Shown here one piece after another: positions 10,618 through 21,244 of a DNA stretch of 63,331 nt. A program made the translations under genes and the position numbers. The stretch's first letter is position 1, and each line of letters starts with the position of its first letter. The notes beneath the pieces are model-generated. The model saw only the letters and a list, made by a program, of their open reading frames with translations. It did no database searches and was not told where the DNA came from. Origin of the DNA: a virus (taxonomy: Duplodnaviria > Caudoviricetes); IMG/VR virus record IMGVR_UViG_3300046331_000070, positions 1-63,331 of that record; one strand, 5' to 3'.

Positions 10618-11148
10618 ATGAGTAACGTATATACTTCGCAGATACTAAAAGACACAACAGAACATGTTGTCATTAAATTAACAGGAATATTTGATGGCAG
10701 CGGACAAGAAAGTAATGCGGTTCGTATTCAAGCAAACACATTATATGGTGCGTTAGATGCAAACAATGTACCACTTGGATCAAGTCTAAGTGCCAGCAAT
10801 ACTGCGAAACCATTTTATGGTCTAACAGTACATCGCGTTTGGTATGATACATATAATGGCACCGGCGGAGATGTAGAACTGTATTGGAAAGCAGATACCC
10901 CAGTAACTTTAATGATGTTATCGGGTAATTCTGAATATGATGGTGCAGGCAATTGGGTAACAATTCCTAATGCAGCAAAAGGAACAGCAAACTGCACAGG
11001 TGATATTGGTATCACAACAAGAGGGTATGCAGCAAATACATCTTATACAATCGTTATGGAATTGCGTAAAGATAATGCATACTACCAACGTGGTCAATTT
11101 AATGATCCTGCTGCATTTAACTTCCCACCATACGGTGTTACACCTTAA
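10618..11148 (+). CDS. Hypothetical virion protein (beta-rich)
   Basis: ORF with SD inside the head operon. Confidence 0.55.
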   Translation: MSNVYTSQILKDTTEHVVIKLTGIFDGSGQESNAVRIQANTLYGALDANNVPLGSSLSASNTAKPFYGLTVHRVWYDTYNGTGGDVELYWKADTPVTLMMLSGNSEYDGAGNWVTIPNAAKGTANCTGDIGITTRGYAANTSYTIVMELRKDNAYYQRGQFNDPAAFNFPPYGVTP

Positions 11149-11161
11149 TTAAGGCAATAAC

Positions 11162-11806
11162 ATGAAATTCATTAAAGAAGTAAACGAGACAATCAACTAT
11201 CTTGCCGAAGAAAAAGACGGCAAGAAAGTTTTGTATATCGAAGGACCATTTTTACAATCAGAAGTTGTTAACCGTAATGGTCGTAAGTACATGAAAGAGT
11301 CAATGGCTCGTGAAGTGGAAAGATATACATCAGAATATATTAATAAAAATCGTGCCTTTGGTGAACTGGGTCATCCAGACACCCCATCAATTAACCTAGA
11401 TAGAGTATCACACTTAACAGTGGGACTACGACAAGAAGGCAATGATTGGATAGGCAAAGCAAAAATTCTTGACACTCCTATGGGTAATATCGTTAAGAGT
11501 CTAATCGAAGGTGGCGCACAAATTGGTGTGTCATCTAGAGGTATGGGTTCTCTTAAAAATGTAAATGGTATTAACATTGTGCAAGACGACTTTCATCTAG
11601 CCACAGCGGCCGATATTGTAGCAGACCCTTCAGCACCTAATGCATTTGTTCAGGGCATTATGGAGGGTAAAGAATGGATGATGGTTGAAGGTGTTTGGAC
11701 TGAAGTTCAACATCAAGAAGCTAAGTCTTTAATTCGAAAAGCAACTCAAAAAGAAATCGAAGCTGTTAGCTTACGAATTTGGGAAAACTTCATCAAAAAA
11801 CTTTAA
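11162..11806 (+). CDS. gp21: Prohead protease gp21
   Basis: NRNGR.Y, GELGHP, GVSSRGMGS, DIVADPSAP.AFV. Confidence 0.96.
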   Translation: MKFIKEVNETINYLAEEKDGKKVLYIEGPFLQSEVVNRNGRKYMKESMAREVERYTSEYINKNRAFGELGHPDTPSINLDRVSHLTVGLRQEGNDWIGKAKILDTPMGNIVKSLIEGGAQIGVSSRGMGSLKNVNGINIVQDDFHLATAADIVADPSAPNAFVQGIMEGKEWMMVEGVWTEVQHQEAKSLIRKATQKEIEAVSLRIWENFIKKL

Positions 11807-11807
11807 T

Positions 11808-11815
11808 TATAAATA
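11808..11815 (+). promoter_or_regulatory. T4-type late promoter (TATAAATA)
   Basis: Perfect consensus upstream of gp22. Confidence 0.75.
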
Positions 11816-11845
11816 TCCAGTATAAAAAAATCAAGGAGATTTTCA

Positions 11846-13102
11846 ATGGCAAAATTTAATCTGAGCGAAGCCGCTAAAGACATTCTAACCGGTAATGTTT
11901 CAGGCAAGCAAAGTGGTCAAGACAAAGCAGGAAAGTTACCAAGTTCGGTAGCGTATGGCACTAAAGATGCAGGAATGATTGGTCACGATCCAGTAAGAGA
12001 TCACGATGAACTACCTGACTACACAAAGGGTACACCAACCGCAACACCTCCAGGTGCAACACCGCCTGTTGGATCAGAACCAATGAAGAAACTAAAAGGT
12101 CAACCGCAAGAGACCGAAGGTTCAGCACAAAAAACTGATATGCCAGAACCAACCGATTACGCATCAATTCGTGACCGCGTTAAGGCTAAACTAGCAAAAC
12201 AAACAATGTCTGCAAATCCAGGTGCTGTTGCTCCTTACGTTCCAGAAGAAGTTGAAATGGAAGATGAAGATTTTGTTGCAGAAGAAAAAGAAGAAGGTCA
12301 TGAGGACGAAGCAGAAGATAAGAAACTTATCAAGTCCATGATGAAAAAAGAAAAGATGAAAGAAAAAATGAAAGAAGATATCGACGCTCTATTGGGTGAA
12401 GATAACCTTTCAGAAGAATTCGTTGCTCGTGCATCAACCATTTTTGAAGCAGCAGTTGTAACTCGTACAGAAGCAATTCTGGAAGAAATCGAGAATGAAC
12501 TAGTTGACCAATTTGAAATGGCGGTAGAAGAAATCAAAGAAGATTTGGCAAATAAAGTTGATGACTACCTAAATTACATGGTACAAGAATGGGTTACAGA
12601 GAACAAACTGGCAATCGACAAAGGTATTCGTTCAGAGATCGTTGAAGATTTCATTGAAGGTCTAAAAGGTCTGTTTGAAGATCACTATATCGATATTCCA
12701 GAAGATAGAGTTGATGTTGTTGAAGAACTAGTAACTAAAGTTGAAGAACTGGAAAACAGTCTAAACGAACAAATTAACACCGCTGTTCAACTGAAAAAAG
12801 AGTTGAATGAGCAAAAAAAGATTGAGGCTATCCACACAGCAAGTGAAGGCCTGTCGCAAACTCAAGTAGAAAAAATGAAAGCACTCGCAGAGAGTCTAGA
12901 ATTTACTACTGAGGATGAATTTGCAGATAAAGTTGTATCTCTAAGAGAGTCATATTTCAAGAGTTCAGTTAAGACTGCCGATACATCTGCTTTGGATGAA
13001 GAAGTAATGATTGAAGAAGAAAAGAAGAAGGCACCTGCTGGATCTGAATCTGCTTTAATCGAACAATATGCAAGAACAATTTCTCAAACATTGGTAAAAT
13101 AA
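11846..13102 (+). CDS. gp22: Prohead scaffold protein gp22
   Basis: Acidic coiled coil; LSEEF..RA.TIFEAAV, KVDDYLNY...EW..EN. Confidence 0.92.
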   Translation: MAKFNLSEAAKDILTGNVSGKQSGQDKAGKLPSSVAYGTKDAGMIGHDPVRDHDELPDYTKGTPTATPPGATPPVGSEPMKKLKGQPQETEGSAQKTDMPEPTDYASIRDRVKAKLAKQTMSANPGAVAPYVPEEVEMEDEDFVAEEKEEGHEDEAEDKKLIKSMMKKEKMKEKMKEDIDALLGEDNLSEEFVARASTIFEAAVVTRTEAILEEIENELVDQFEMAVEEIKEDLANKVDDYLNYMVQEWVTENKLAIDKGIRSEIVEDFIEGLKGLFEDHYIDIPEDRVDVVEELVTKVEELENSLNEQINTAVQLKKELNEQKKIEAIHTASEGLSQTQVEKMKALAESLEFTTEDEFADKVVSLRESYFKSSVKTADTSALDEEVMIEEEKKKAPAGSESALIEQYARTISQTLVK

Positions 13103-13142
13103 TAAATAGATTACCATAATAAGATACCTATAAGGAGAACTC

Positions 13143-14483
13143 ATGTATCTAACCGAAGAACTACAAAAAAAATGGAGTCCAGTTCTGGAACACGCAGAAC
13201 TAGCTTCAATTAAAGATCCATACAAAAAGGCAGTTACTGCGTTGGTTCTAGAAAACCAACAGCAATCGATGAACTCAGATCGTCAAGCGCTGAACGAAGC
13301 ATCAGCAACAGCACCAACTAACGTTGCTGGTGGTGTTTCTAACTTCGATCCAATCTTGATCTCTCTAGTTCGCCGTGCGTTGCCTAACCTGATCGCTTAT
13401 GATGTTGCTGGTGTTCAACCGATGACTGGACCTACTGGTCTGATCTTCGCAATGCGCGCTCGTTACTCTGCACAATCAGGTGCACCAACCAACACAAACG
13501 AAGCATTCTACAACGAAGCAAATACCATTTTCTCTGGTACTGGTTCTTCTGCTAACCCATACGGTTTCCAAGGTAACAATGCAACTGATATCGTTACCAA
13601 TGCTGGTGCAAACTTAACTGCAAACAGCTACACAACCGGTATCGGCCTGCCTACAGCAACTGCTGAAGCATTAGGTGCAGATAGCAATCCAGCATTCCAA
13701 CAAATGGCATTCAGCATTGAGAAAGTTACTGTAACTGCTCAATCTCGTGCGTTGAAGGCTGAATACTCACTAGAACTAGCACAAGACTTGAAAGCAATTC
13801 ATGGTCTGGATGCTGAGACAGAACTAAGCAACATTCTGTCAACAGAAATTCTTGCTGAGATCAACCGTGAAGTTATTCGTACCATCTACACAACTGCTGT
13901 TGCAGGTGCTCAGTACGGTACAACTAACGCTGGTGTGTTTGACTTAGATACCGACTCAAACGGTCGTTGGTCTGTTGAACGTTTCAAAGGTCTGATTTTC
14001 CAAATCGAACGTGATGCTAACGTTATTGCTAAGCAAACTCGTCGTGGAAAAGGTAACGTAATGATCGTTTCGTCTGACGTTGCATCTGCAATGGCAATGG
14101 CTGGCGTTCTTTCTTACACACCTGCACTAAATGCTGATCTACAAGTTGATGACACTGGTAACACCTTCGCAGGTATGTTACACGGTCGTATTAAAGTGTA
14201 TATCGATCCATATTTTGGTGGATACACAAGCAATCAAGAACTAGTTACCATCGGTTACAAAGGTACATCACCTTACGATGCTGGTCTGTTCTATTGCCCA
14301 TACGTTCCTCTACAAATGGTTCGTGCAGTTGACCAGTTCACATTCCAACCTAAGATTGGTTTCAAAACACGTTACGGTATGGTTGCAAACCCATTCGCAA
14401 ACGGTTTGGCATCAAGCAACGGTGCATTGAATGCTCGTAGCAACGTTTACTACCGCATCTTCGGTGTTAAAAACCTGATGTAA
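13143..14483 (+). CDS. gp23: Major capsid protein gp23
   Basis: GVQPMTGPTGLIFAMR, SRALKAEYS.ELAQDL, FQPKIGFKTRYG. Confidence 0.98.
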   Translation: MYLTEELQKKWSPVLEHAELASIKDPYKKAVTALVLENQQQSMNSDRQALNEASATAPTNVAGGVSNFDPILISLVRRALPNLIAYDVAGVQPMTGPTGLIFAMRARYSAQSGAPTNTNEAFYNEANTIFSGTGSSANPYGFQGNNATDIVTNAGANLTANSYTTGIGLPTATAEALGADSNPAFQQMAFSIEKVTVTAQSRALKAEYSLELAQDLKAIHGLDAETELSNILSTEILAEINREVIRTIYTTAVAGAQYGTTNAGVFDLDTDSNGRWSVERFKGLIFQIERDANVIAKQTRRGKGNVMIVSSDVASAMAMAGVLSYTPALNADLQVDDTGNTFAGMLHGRIKVYIDPYFGGYTSNQELVTIGYKGTSPYDAGLFYCPYVPLQMVRAVDQFTFQPKIGFKTRYGMVANPFANGLASSNGALNARSNVYYRIFGVKNLM

Positions 14484-14523
14484 GTTTGTAGTAACATAAA
14501 ATCACCTTTAAGAGTGATATTTG

Positions 14524-14552
14524 AAAGACCACCTTCGGGTGGTCTTTTTTTT
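14524..14552 (+). terminator. Rho-independent terminator after gp23
   Basis: AAAGACCACC-TTCG-GGTGGTCTTT followed by T-run. Confidence 0.9.
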
Positions 14553-14556
14553 GCTT

Positions 14557-14564
14557 CATAAATA
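14557..14564 (+). promoter_or_regulatory. T4-type late promoter (CATAAATA)
   Basis: Immediately after the terminator, upstream of gp3. Confidence 0.65.
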
Positions 14565-14583
14565 GTAGTATAAGGAGATTCAC

Positions 14584-15102
14584 ATGACCGCTTTAAATAG
14601 AAACCCTAGAAATACAAACTTTCTGCAACCCACCAAATATCTATTGACATTTGACAGAATCAGTGACGTTCAATATCAATGTCAGGCAGTTAATTTACCA
14701 GGTGTATCATTAGGTGTGGTTACAAGAGAAACTCCATTCATCGATATGTACTCTCCAGGCACCAAGTTGACATACAATGGTTTAGACATTACATTTTATA
14801 TTGATGAAGAACTTACCTCGTGGAAGAATTTACAAAACTGGTTTCTTTCTATTGCTAATCCGGATGGTTTTGAATCACGAGATCACAGTAGAGAATTAAG
14901 AACACAAGGATTAAAACATTTTTCTGATGCAACACTGACAATATTATCCAACTTAAATAATCCATTGGTTCGAATTAAGTTTGCAAATGTATTCCCAACC
15001 AATCTAGGCGATTTGAATTTTGATACACAATTATCAGCAGATACTATTATGTCTGCAACAGCATCTTTTAAATATGATTTTTACACAATAGAATCTGCAT
15101 AA
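14584..15102 (+). CDS. gp3: Tail completion protein gp3
   Basis: NFLQP..Y, Q.VNLPGV.LG, SDATLTIL, FP..L..L.F. Confidence 0.85.
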   Translation: MTALNRNPRNTNFLQPTKYLLTFDRISDVQYQCQAVNLPGVSLGVVTRETPFIDMYSPGTKLTYNGLDITFYIDEELTSWKNLQNWFLSIANPDGFESRDHSRELRTQGLKHFSDATLTILSNLNNPLVRIKFANVFPTNLGDLNFDTQLSADTIMSATASFKYDFYTIESA

Positions 15103-15132
15103 CATTACTACTCTTTATTATTGGAATTAATT

Positions 15133-15567
15133 ATGGAAAACCTTGAACAAGTATTGAAGAACTGGGAAACTGATGCACAAATGGATCAGACAGAACCTAG
15201 TAAAGAACTACTAAGAATACCATTGTTACACAGTAAGTATCTGAATATGCTTACCAAACACAAAATCGCATCTAAGAAGGCACACTTTGATTACCTTCGT
15301 ATGCGTAAAATTAAATGGGAATACTTTACTGGTAAATTAAGTAAAGATGAACTTGAAGAATATGGTTGGGAACAATTCCAATTTGCACTTAAATCCGACA
15401 TTAATACATACTTAGAAGCAGATGGTGATTTAATTAAGTTGTTGGAGAAAAAGGTTTACCATGAAGAAGTTGTATCGGTCATTGAATCTATCATGGCTGA
15501 ATTGAAACAACGTACATGGCAATTGAGAGACTTTATATCATGGGAAAAATTCGTGAATGGCCAGTGA
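15133..15567 (+). CDS. uvsY: Recombination mediator UvsY
   Basis: IPLLHSKYL, KWEYFTGK, YLEAD; upstream of uvsW. Confidence 0.9.
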   Translation: MENLEQVLKNWETDAQMDQTEPSKELLRIPLLHSKYLNMLTKHKIASKKAHFDYLRMRKIKWEYFTGKLSKDELEEYGWEQFQFALKSDINTYLEADGDLIKLLEKKVYHEEVVSVIESIMAELKQRTWQLRDFISWEKFVNGQ

Positions 15568-17059
15568 TCTAGTAATATCAAAAAAAGACGAAGTATTTGC
15601 CAAGATAACTTGCGAAAAACATATTGCAAGAGAACTATCAGAATATTTTACATTCATGGTACCAGGACACCAGTTTGTTCCTGCGTTCAGAAATAAAATA
15701 TGGGACGGCAAGATTCGTCTTTTCAATCTACAAACATATACAATCTACCTAGGACTACTTTCATACATACAAGAATTTTGTGTGGAGAGAGGTTATGTTT
15801 GTGAATATGATGAGACTCGTGTTGATATTGAAGATGAGTATTCTGTATATCACTTCAACAAATTCGTAGAGAGTCTCAACTTACACTCACAAAACAAACC
15901 AATAGGTGTCAGAGAACACCAACAAGACGCATTTATACATGCAATGCAAAGACGTAGAGCATTGTTATTGTCACCTACGGCGTCAGGTAAATCATTGATA
16001 CTGTATTTGTTGTTCAGACAACTACTAGACTTTCAGGACTTAAAAGGTCTTATTATTGTTCCCACCACATCTTTGGTTGAACAGTTATACTCAGACTTCC
16101 AAGATTATTCTTCACACAATGGTTTTGATGTTGAATCAAATGTACATAGAATTTATCAAGGTAAGAGTAAAACCACAGACAAGAAACTAACCATATCCAC
16201 ATGGCAATCATTGTATGAACTGCCTAGTGATTACTTTGAACAGTTTGATTATGTTTTTGGTGATGAGGCACACTTATTTAAATCACAATCATTAACCAAG
16301 ATCATGACCGCAGCAGTGAATACAAAGTATCGCATTGGTCTAACTGGTACATTAGATGGCACAAAAACGCACAAATTAGTATTAGAAGGTTTATTTGGTG
16401 CTGAAGAACGTGTAATTACCACAAAAGAACTTATTGATAGAAAACAACTATCGGCATTCAATATCAAATGTTTAATATTAAAGCATCCTGATGATGTATG
16501 TGAGGAGATGAAAGACTGCACCTATCAAGAAGAAATCGAGTATTTGATATCTAATGAACAGAGAAATAAATTCATCAAAAATCTTGCAATTAGTTTAGGT
16601 ACTAATACACTTATTCTATACCAAATGGTTGAAAAACATGGCGAAATACTGTATAATGCTATCAAGAACTCCGAAAAAATAGGAGATCGAAAAGTCTTTT
16701 TTGTTCATGGTAAAGTAGATGCCACGGTTAGAGAAGATATACGAAAAATAATGGAGACAGAAAATGACGCTATTGTCGTGGCTAGTTTTGGTACCTTTTC
16801 TACTGGAACTAATATTAGGAACTTGCATAACATTATATTTGCGAGCCCTTCAAAGTCAAGAGTGCGAAATCTGCAATCGATTGGACGAGGCTTACGGCAG
16901 GCTGACGGAAAAGATATGGCGACTCTTTACGATATAGCAGATGATCTGAGACACAAGAAACATATGAACTTTACCTTAAAGCATTTTGTGGAACGAGTCA
17001 AGATTTATACAGAAGAAAAGTTTCCCTTTAAGTTGTACAATATAGGACTAAAAAAATGA
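15557..17059 (+). CDS. uvsW: SF2 DNA helicase UvsW
   Basis: SPTASGKS, DEAH, GLTGT, QSIGRGLR. Confidence 0.96.
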   Translation: MASDLVISKKDEVFAKITCEKHIARELSEYFTFMVPGHQFVPAFRNKIWDGKIRLFNLQTYTIYLGLLSYIQEFCVERGYVCEYDETRVDIEDEYSVYHFNKFVESLNLHSQNKPIGVREHQQDAFIHAMQRRRALLLSPTASGKSLILYLLFRQLLDFQDLKGLIIVPTTSLVEQLYSDFQDYSSHNGFDVESNVHRIYQGKSKTTDKKLTISTWQSLYELPSDYFEQFDYVFGDEAHLFKSQSLTKIMTAAVNTKYRIGLTGTLDGTKTHKLVLEGLFGAEERVITTKELIDRKQLSAFNIKCLILKHPDDVCEEMKDCTYQEEIEYLISNEQRNKFIKNLAISLGTNTLILYQMVEKHGEILYNAIKNSEKIGDRKVFFVHGKVDATVREDIRKIMETENDAIVVASFGTFSTGTNIRNLHNIIFASPSKSRVRNLQSIGRGLRQADGKDMATLYDIADDLRHKKHMNFTLKHFVERVKIYTEEKFPFKLYNIGLKK

Positions 17060-17409
17060 TTAAAATTGTAAGACTCAAAGATAATGGTTTTGATATCATA
17101 TGTAATATGTTAGATCAAACGGCAGAATCAGTAACATTAGATCAACCTATGGAATTCGAAGTTCGTAATAAAGAACTTGCTATGAATTATTGGTTGCCTA
17201 TTAATATGATTAAAGAGAATTCGGTATCTATCAAATTAGATAACATTCTATGTGTGATCGAACCTACCGCAGAATTTGTTGAGTTCTATGCAAATACTGT
17301 GGAACGTATCGGTGGTGTTTTATCTGGTGATGAAGATCAAGAACACTATGAAGATATAATGGATGCTATGGATGAACTAGATAGTAATAAAGGATTGGTT
17401 ATTCATTAA
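17056..17409 (+). CDS. Hypothetical protein between uvsW and gp55
   Basis: ATGA overlap with uvsW; acidic tail. Confidence 0.6.
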   Translation: MIKIVRLKDNGFDIICNMLDQTAESVTLDQPMEFEVRNKELAMNYWLPINMIKENSVSIKLDNILCVIEPTAEFVEFYANTVERIGGVLSGDEDQEHYEDIMDAMDELDSNKGLVIH

Positions 17410-17429
17410 CATCATCAGGCAACACCGAG

Positions 17430-17458
17430 ATGATACATCATGGCAAGCCGTTTGTCAA
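17430..17458 (-). promoter_or_regulatory. Sigma70-type promoter on the minus strand
   Basis: Minus strand reads TTGACA-17 nt-TATCAT. Confidence 0.5.
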
Positions 17459-17481
17459 CAACTTTTAATGGTACACTTGAA

Positions 17482-18036
17482 ATGACAACTACGAAAAAAA
17501 CAAAAAACTACATAAACAATGAAGATTTCCTGAAAGCTTTGGTGGATTACAAAGCACAAACTAAGGAAGCCAAAGAGAATAACCTTCCTAAACCCATCAT
17601 TCCTAATTACATTGGGGAATGTTTCATGAAAATTGCTGAAGGTTTATCACATAAACCCAACTTCATTAACTATACCTACCGTGACGAAATGATGTCCGAT
17701 GGTATCGAAAACTGCCTGATGTATTTTGAAAACTTTGATGAAACAAAATCGAAGAATCCATTTGCATACTTCACCCAAGTTATCTACTTTGCATTTCTCC
17801 GCAGAATACAAAAAGAAAAAAAACAACTGTACGTCAAATACAAAGCTACCGAACTGTTTGGTATACTTGATGAATTTGAAATGTTGGAATCAGAAGATGG
17901 ATCATCCAAACAATTTGAACTATATGACAACATATCCGAATTCATAGAAACCTATGAGGATGCCAGAAAAGCAAAGAAAGCAGAAAAAGAAGCGGCAAAG
18001 AAGCCAAAAGGTATTGAAAAATTTATGGAGGAGTGA
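17482..18036 (+). CDS. gp55: Late sigma factor gp55
   Basis: YINNEDFL, IGECFMKIAEGLS.KPNF, NPFAYFTQ. Confidence 0.96.
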   Translation: MTTTKKTKNYINNEDFLKALVDYKAQTKEAKENNLPKPIIPNYIGECFMKIAEGLSHKPNFINYTYRDEMMSDGIENCLMYFENFDETKSKNPFAYFTQVIYFAFLRRIQKEKKQLYVKYKATELFGILDEFEMLESEDGSSKQFELYDNISEFIETYEDARKAKKAEKEAAKKPKGIEKFMEE

Positions 18037-18040
18037 TATA

Positions 18041-18493
18041 ATGAAAGTCGGATTTGTTGCATCATGCTTTGATTTGTTCCATGCAGGACATATCATGATG
18101 CTTAAAGAAGCAAAACAGCATTGTGACTATTTGATTGCAGGTCTACAAACAGACCCCACCTTAGATCGACCAGAGAAGAACCGTCCAATTCAGTCAATAG
18201 TTGAACGTCATATACAGTTAGAAGCATGTAAGTACATTGACGAGATCGTGGTCTACGCCACAGAGAAAGATTTATTGGATGTATTGTTATCTTTTCCAAT
18301 CGATGTTCGTATCATTGGTGAAGAATACAAACACAAGAGTTTCACAGGCAAAGAATTACCTATTGAGTTATGTTACAACAAACGCAGACACAGTTTCAGT
18401 ACATCAGAATTGAGACAACGCGTAATTGATCGTGAAAAGGCAAAGAATGAAAGTAGCAACAATAACAGATCAACATTTCGGATCGCGGAATGA
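18041..18493 (+). CDS. Cytidylyltransferase (TagD-like)
   Basis: FDLFHAGH (HxGH), GLQTDP, STSELR. Confidence 0.85.
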   Translation: MKVGFVASCFDLFHAGHIMMLKEAKQHCDYLIAGLQTDPTLDRPEKNRPIQSIVERHIQLEACKYIDEIVVYATEKDLLDVLLSFPIDVRIIGEEYKHKSFTGKELPIELCYNKRRHSFSTSELRQRVIDREKAKNESSNNNRSTFRIAE

Positions 18494-19529
18494 TTCGGTA
18501 AACTTCTTGGATTTTTACGAGAAGTTCTACAAAGGTACTTTTTTCCCCACATTGGAAAAAGAAGGTATCAAAACTGTATTGATTCTTGGTGATACATTCG
18601 ACCGTAGAAAATACATAAACTTCTATTCACTAAAAAGAACCAAAGAAATGTTCTTTGATAGACTACAGGAATTGGGTGTTGAAGTTTACATGCTTGCTGG
18701 CAATCATGATACCTATTTCAAGAATACCAATGATGTTAATTCCGTAGACTTGTTACTGAAAGAATATGATAACGTCACGGTTATTGATACACCACAAACA
18801 TTGCATTTACAATTTGGTGATACAACTCACGATATTTGTATGATTCCATGGATATGTGTTGATAACTATGAACAATGCATGACTGAAATGAAAAATACAT
18901 CTGCTACAATATGTATGGGTCATTTTGAAATCTCTGGTTTTGCAATGTATCGTGGTATGCCATCACATGAAGGCATCGACAGAAGCACCTTCAGAAAATT
19001 TGATATGACTTTTTCTGGTCATTATCACCACAAATCACAGGCAGATGACATATATTACCTAGGTAATCCATATGAAATGACCTGGCAGGATTACAATGAT
19101 GACCGAGGTTTTCATTTGTTTGATTTGGATACCAAGGACTTAGAGTTCATCAAAAATCCCAATAAGATGTTTCATCGAATCGTCTATGATGACAAAGTGG
19201 AATCCATCAAAGAAATTAATGAAAAAGATTTCTCAGGATATACTGGTACATATGTTAAAGTGGTAGTAATTAACAAAACCAACCCATATTTGTTTGACAA
19301 ATTCATGAATAGTCTGTATAATGTTAATCCAATAGACATTAGTATTGCTGAAGATATGTCTGATTTGTTGGATGGCACAGATGATGAATCTGTTGATGAA
19401 GCAGAAGATACGTTGACTTTATTGAATAAATTTGTTGATGGTATCACAGAAGAAAACTTGGATAACGATAAATTGAAAACTCTATTAAAAGAACTTTATG
19501 TCGAAGCATTGAACACTGAACAAGCATGA
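18447..19529 (+). CDS. gp47: Recombination nuclease gp47 (Mre11/SbcD-like)
   Basis: TDQHFG, LGDTFD, GNHD, SGHYH. Confidence 0.95.
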   Translation: MKVATITDQHFGSRNDSVNFLDFYEKFYKGTFFPTLEKEGIKTVLILGDTFDRRKYINFYSLKRTKEMFFDRLQELGVEVYMLAGNHDTYFKNTNDVNSVDLLLKEYDNVTVIDTPQTLHLQFGDTTHDICMIPWICVDNYEQCMTEMKNTSATICMGHFEISGFAMYRGMPSHEGIDRSTFRKFDMTFSGHYHHKSQADDIYYLGNPYEMTWQDYNDDRGFHLFDLDTKDLEFIKNPNKMFHRIVYDDKVESIKEINEKDFSGYTGTYVKVVVINKTNPYLFDKFMNSLYNVNPIDISIAEDMSDLLDGTDDESVDEAEDTLTLLNKFVDGITEENLDNDKLKTLLKELYVEALNTEQA

Positions 19530-21244
19530 TATTATTTCAATATGTTAAATGGAAAAACTTTTTATCGACTGGTGCTGCATATACAGAGATAAACTTTACC
19601 AAATCAACCAACACACTAATCATCGGACACAATGGTGCAGGTAAATCTACCATTCTTGATGCATTGTGTTTTGGCCTGTTTGGTAAACCGTTTCGTAAGA
19701 TCAATAAACCACAACTGTTGAACTCAATCAATCAACGGGATTGCACAATTGAAATTGGTTTCAATATTGGTCAAAAAAAGTATAAGATTGTGCGTGGTAT
19801 CAAACCTAATGTGTTTGAAATCTACTGCAATGATGTCTTGCTGAATCAAGATGCTGCTGCAAAAGACTATCAGGAAATATTAGAGAAGAATATTCTCAAA
19901 TTAAATTATAAGTCCTTCACGCAGGTAGTTATTCTTGGTTCAGCATCCTTTGTTCCCTTCATGCAATTGTCTGCGGCCGACCGTAGAACAATCATTGAAG
20001 ATTTGTTAGACATCCAAATTTTCTCCACTATGAACGGTGTGTTGAAAGATAAGATGTACAATCTGAAAGACAATATCTCTAAAGGCAGGTATGCCGTTGA
20101 GTTAATTGAAGAAAAGATTGAAATGCAGTTGGCAAACATCGAAGAACACAAGAAACATAATGATGATGAGATTGCCAGTAAAAAGCAAGAGATTGACACA
20201 TCCAAAAAACAACTAAAAGACATACTGAAACAGGTGGAGTTAATCAATAAACACATTGATGTTTTAACTTCCAAGATCGGTGATAAAAAAGAAAAGTTGG
20301 AAAAGAAATCAAAATCCTTATTCACATTACAAGGTAAATTAGAAAGCAATATCAAGAAGAATGAAAAAGATATTGAGTTCTATGAACATAATGATTCTTG
20401 TCCTACATGTAAACAATCGATTGAATCTAATTTCAAACAACAACAAGTAGATGAACGTAAAGAAAAGGTTGTACTGCAACAATCAGGATTAACTGAACTA
20501 TCTGATGAGTTAAAAAATGTTCAAGGTGAAATGAAAACCATTTCAGATATTGTAAAACATATCAATGAACACAGTAATGAAATTACCAAACATAATGCAA
20601 CCATGTTGGCAATATCAAAGTATATTAAGAAGTTGCAGGCAGAGATTACTGCCTTGTCGGTAAAATACAATGATGCAGAAGATAGTAACCAAAAATTAAA
20701 AGACCTTCGTACAGATTTAATAATGCAAACAGAAGCATTACAAGAAGGTGCAGAAGAAAAACAGTATTTGGAGTATGCAGCAACATTGTTGAAAGACACC
20801 GGTATTAAAACCAAAATCATTAAGCAATATTTGCCGGTGATGAATAAGATGATTAATAAGTATTTGACTGCAATGGATTTCTTTGTTAACTTCAATATCA
20901 ATGAAAATTTTGAAGAAACAATCAAGAGCAGACACCGTGATGAGTTTTCGTATGCAAACTTTTCTGAAGGTGAAAAAATGCGTATTGACCTGGCACTGTT
21001 GTTCACATGGAGACAGATTGCCAAGATGAAGAACTCGACCAATACAAACTTGTTGATCTTGGATGAAGTGTTTGATTCAAGTTTAGATACAGTAGGTACT
21101 GAAGAATTCTTAAAGTTGATACATGAAATGAGAACAGATACAAACGTGTTCGTTATTTCACATAAAGGTGACCAACTGTTTGATAAATTCAGAAGCGTAA
21201 TTAGGTTCGAAAAGGTAAACAATTTTAGTAGGATTGCAAAATGA
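19526..21244 (+). CDS. gp46: Recombination ATPase gp46 (Rad50/SbcC-like)
   Basis: GHNGAGKS, CPTC zinc hook, FSEGEK, LDEVFD. Confidence 0.96.
   Translation: MILFQYVKWKNFLSTGAAYTEINFTKSTNTLIIGHNGAGKSTILDALCFGLFGKPFRKINKPQLLNSINQRDCTIEIGFNIGQKKYKIVRGIKPNVFEIYCNDVLLNQDAAAKDYQEILEKNILKLNYKSFTQVVILGSASFVPFMQLSAADRRTIIEDLLDIQIFSTMNGVLKDKMYNLKDNISKGRYAVELIEEKIEMQLANIEEHKKHNDDEIASKKQEIDTSKKQLKDILKQVELINKHIDVLTSKIGDKKEKLEKKSKSLFTLQGKLESNIKKNEKDIEFYEHNDSCPTCKQSIESNFKQQQVDERKEKVVLQQSGLTELSDELKNVQGEMKTISDIVKHINEHSNEITKHNATMLAISKYIKKLQAEITALSVKYNDAEDSNQKLKDLRTDLIMQTEALQEGAEEKQYLEYAATLLKDTGIKTKIIKQYLPVMNKMINKYLTAMDFFVNFNINENFEETIKSRHRDEFSYANFSEGEKMRIDLALLFTWRQIAKMKNSTNTNLLILDEVFDSSLDTVGTEEFLKLIHEMRTDTNVFVISHKGDQLFDKFRSVIRFEKVNNFSRIAK

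Noticed and set aside
19906-21222. Long minus-strand ORFs opposite gp46 (and similar shadows opposite other core genes)
   Set aside because: Antisense shadows of codon-biased genes with no recognisable motifs
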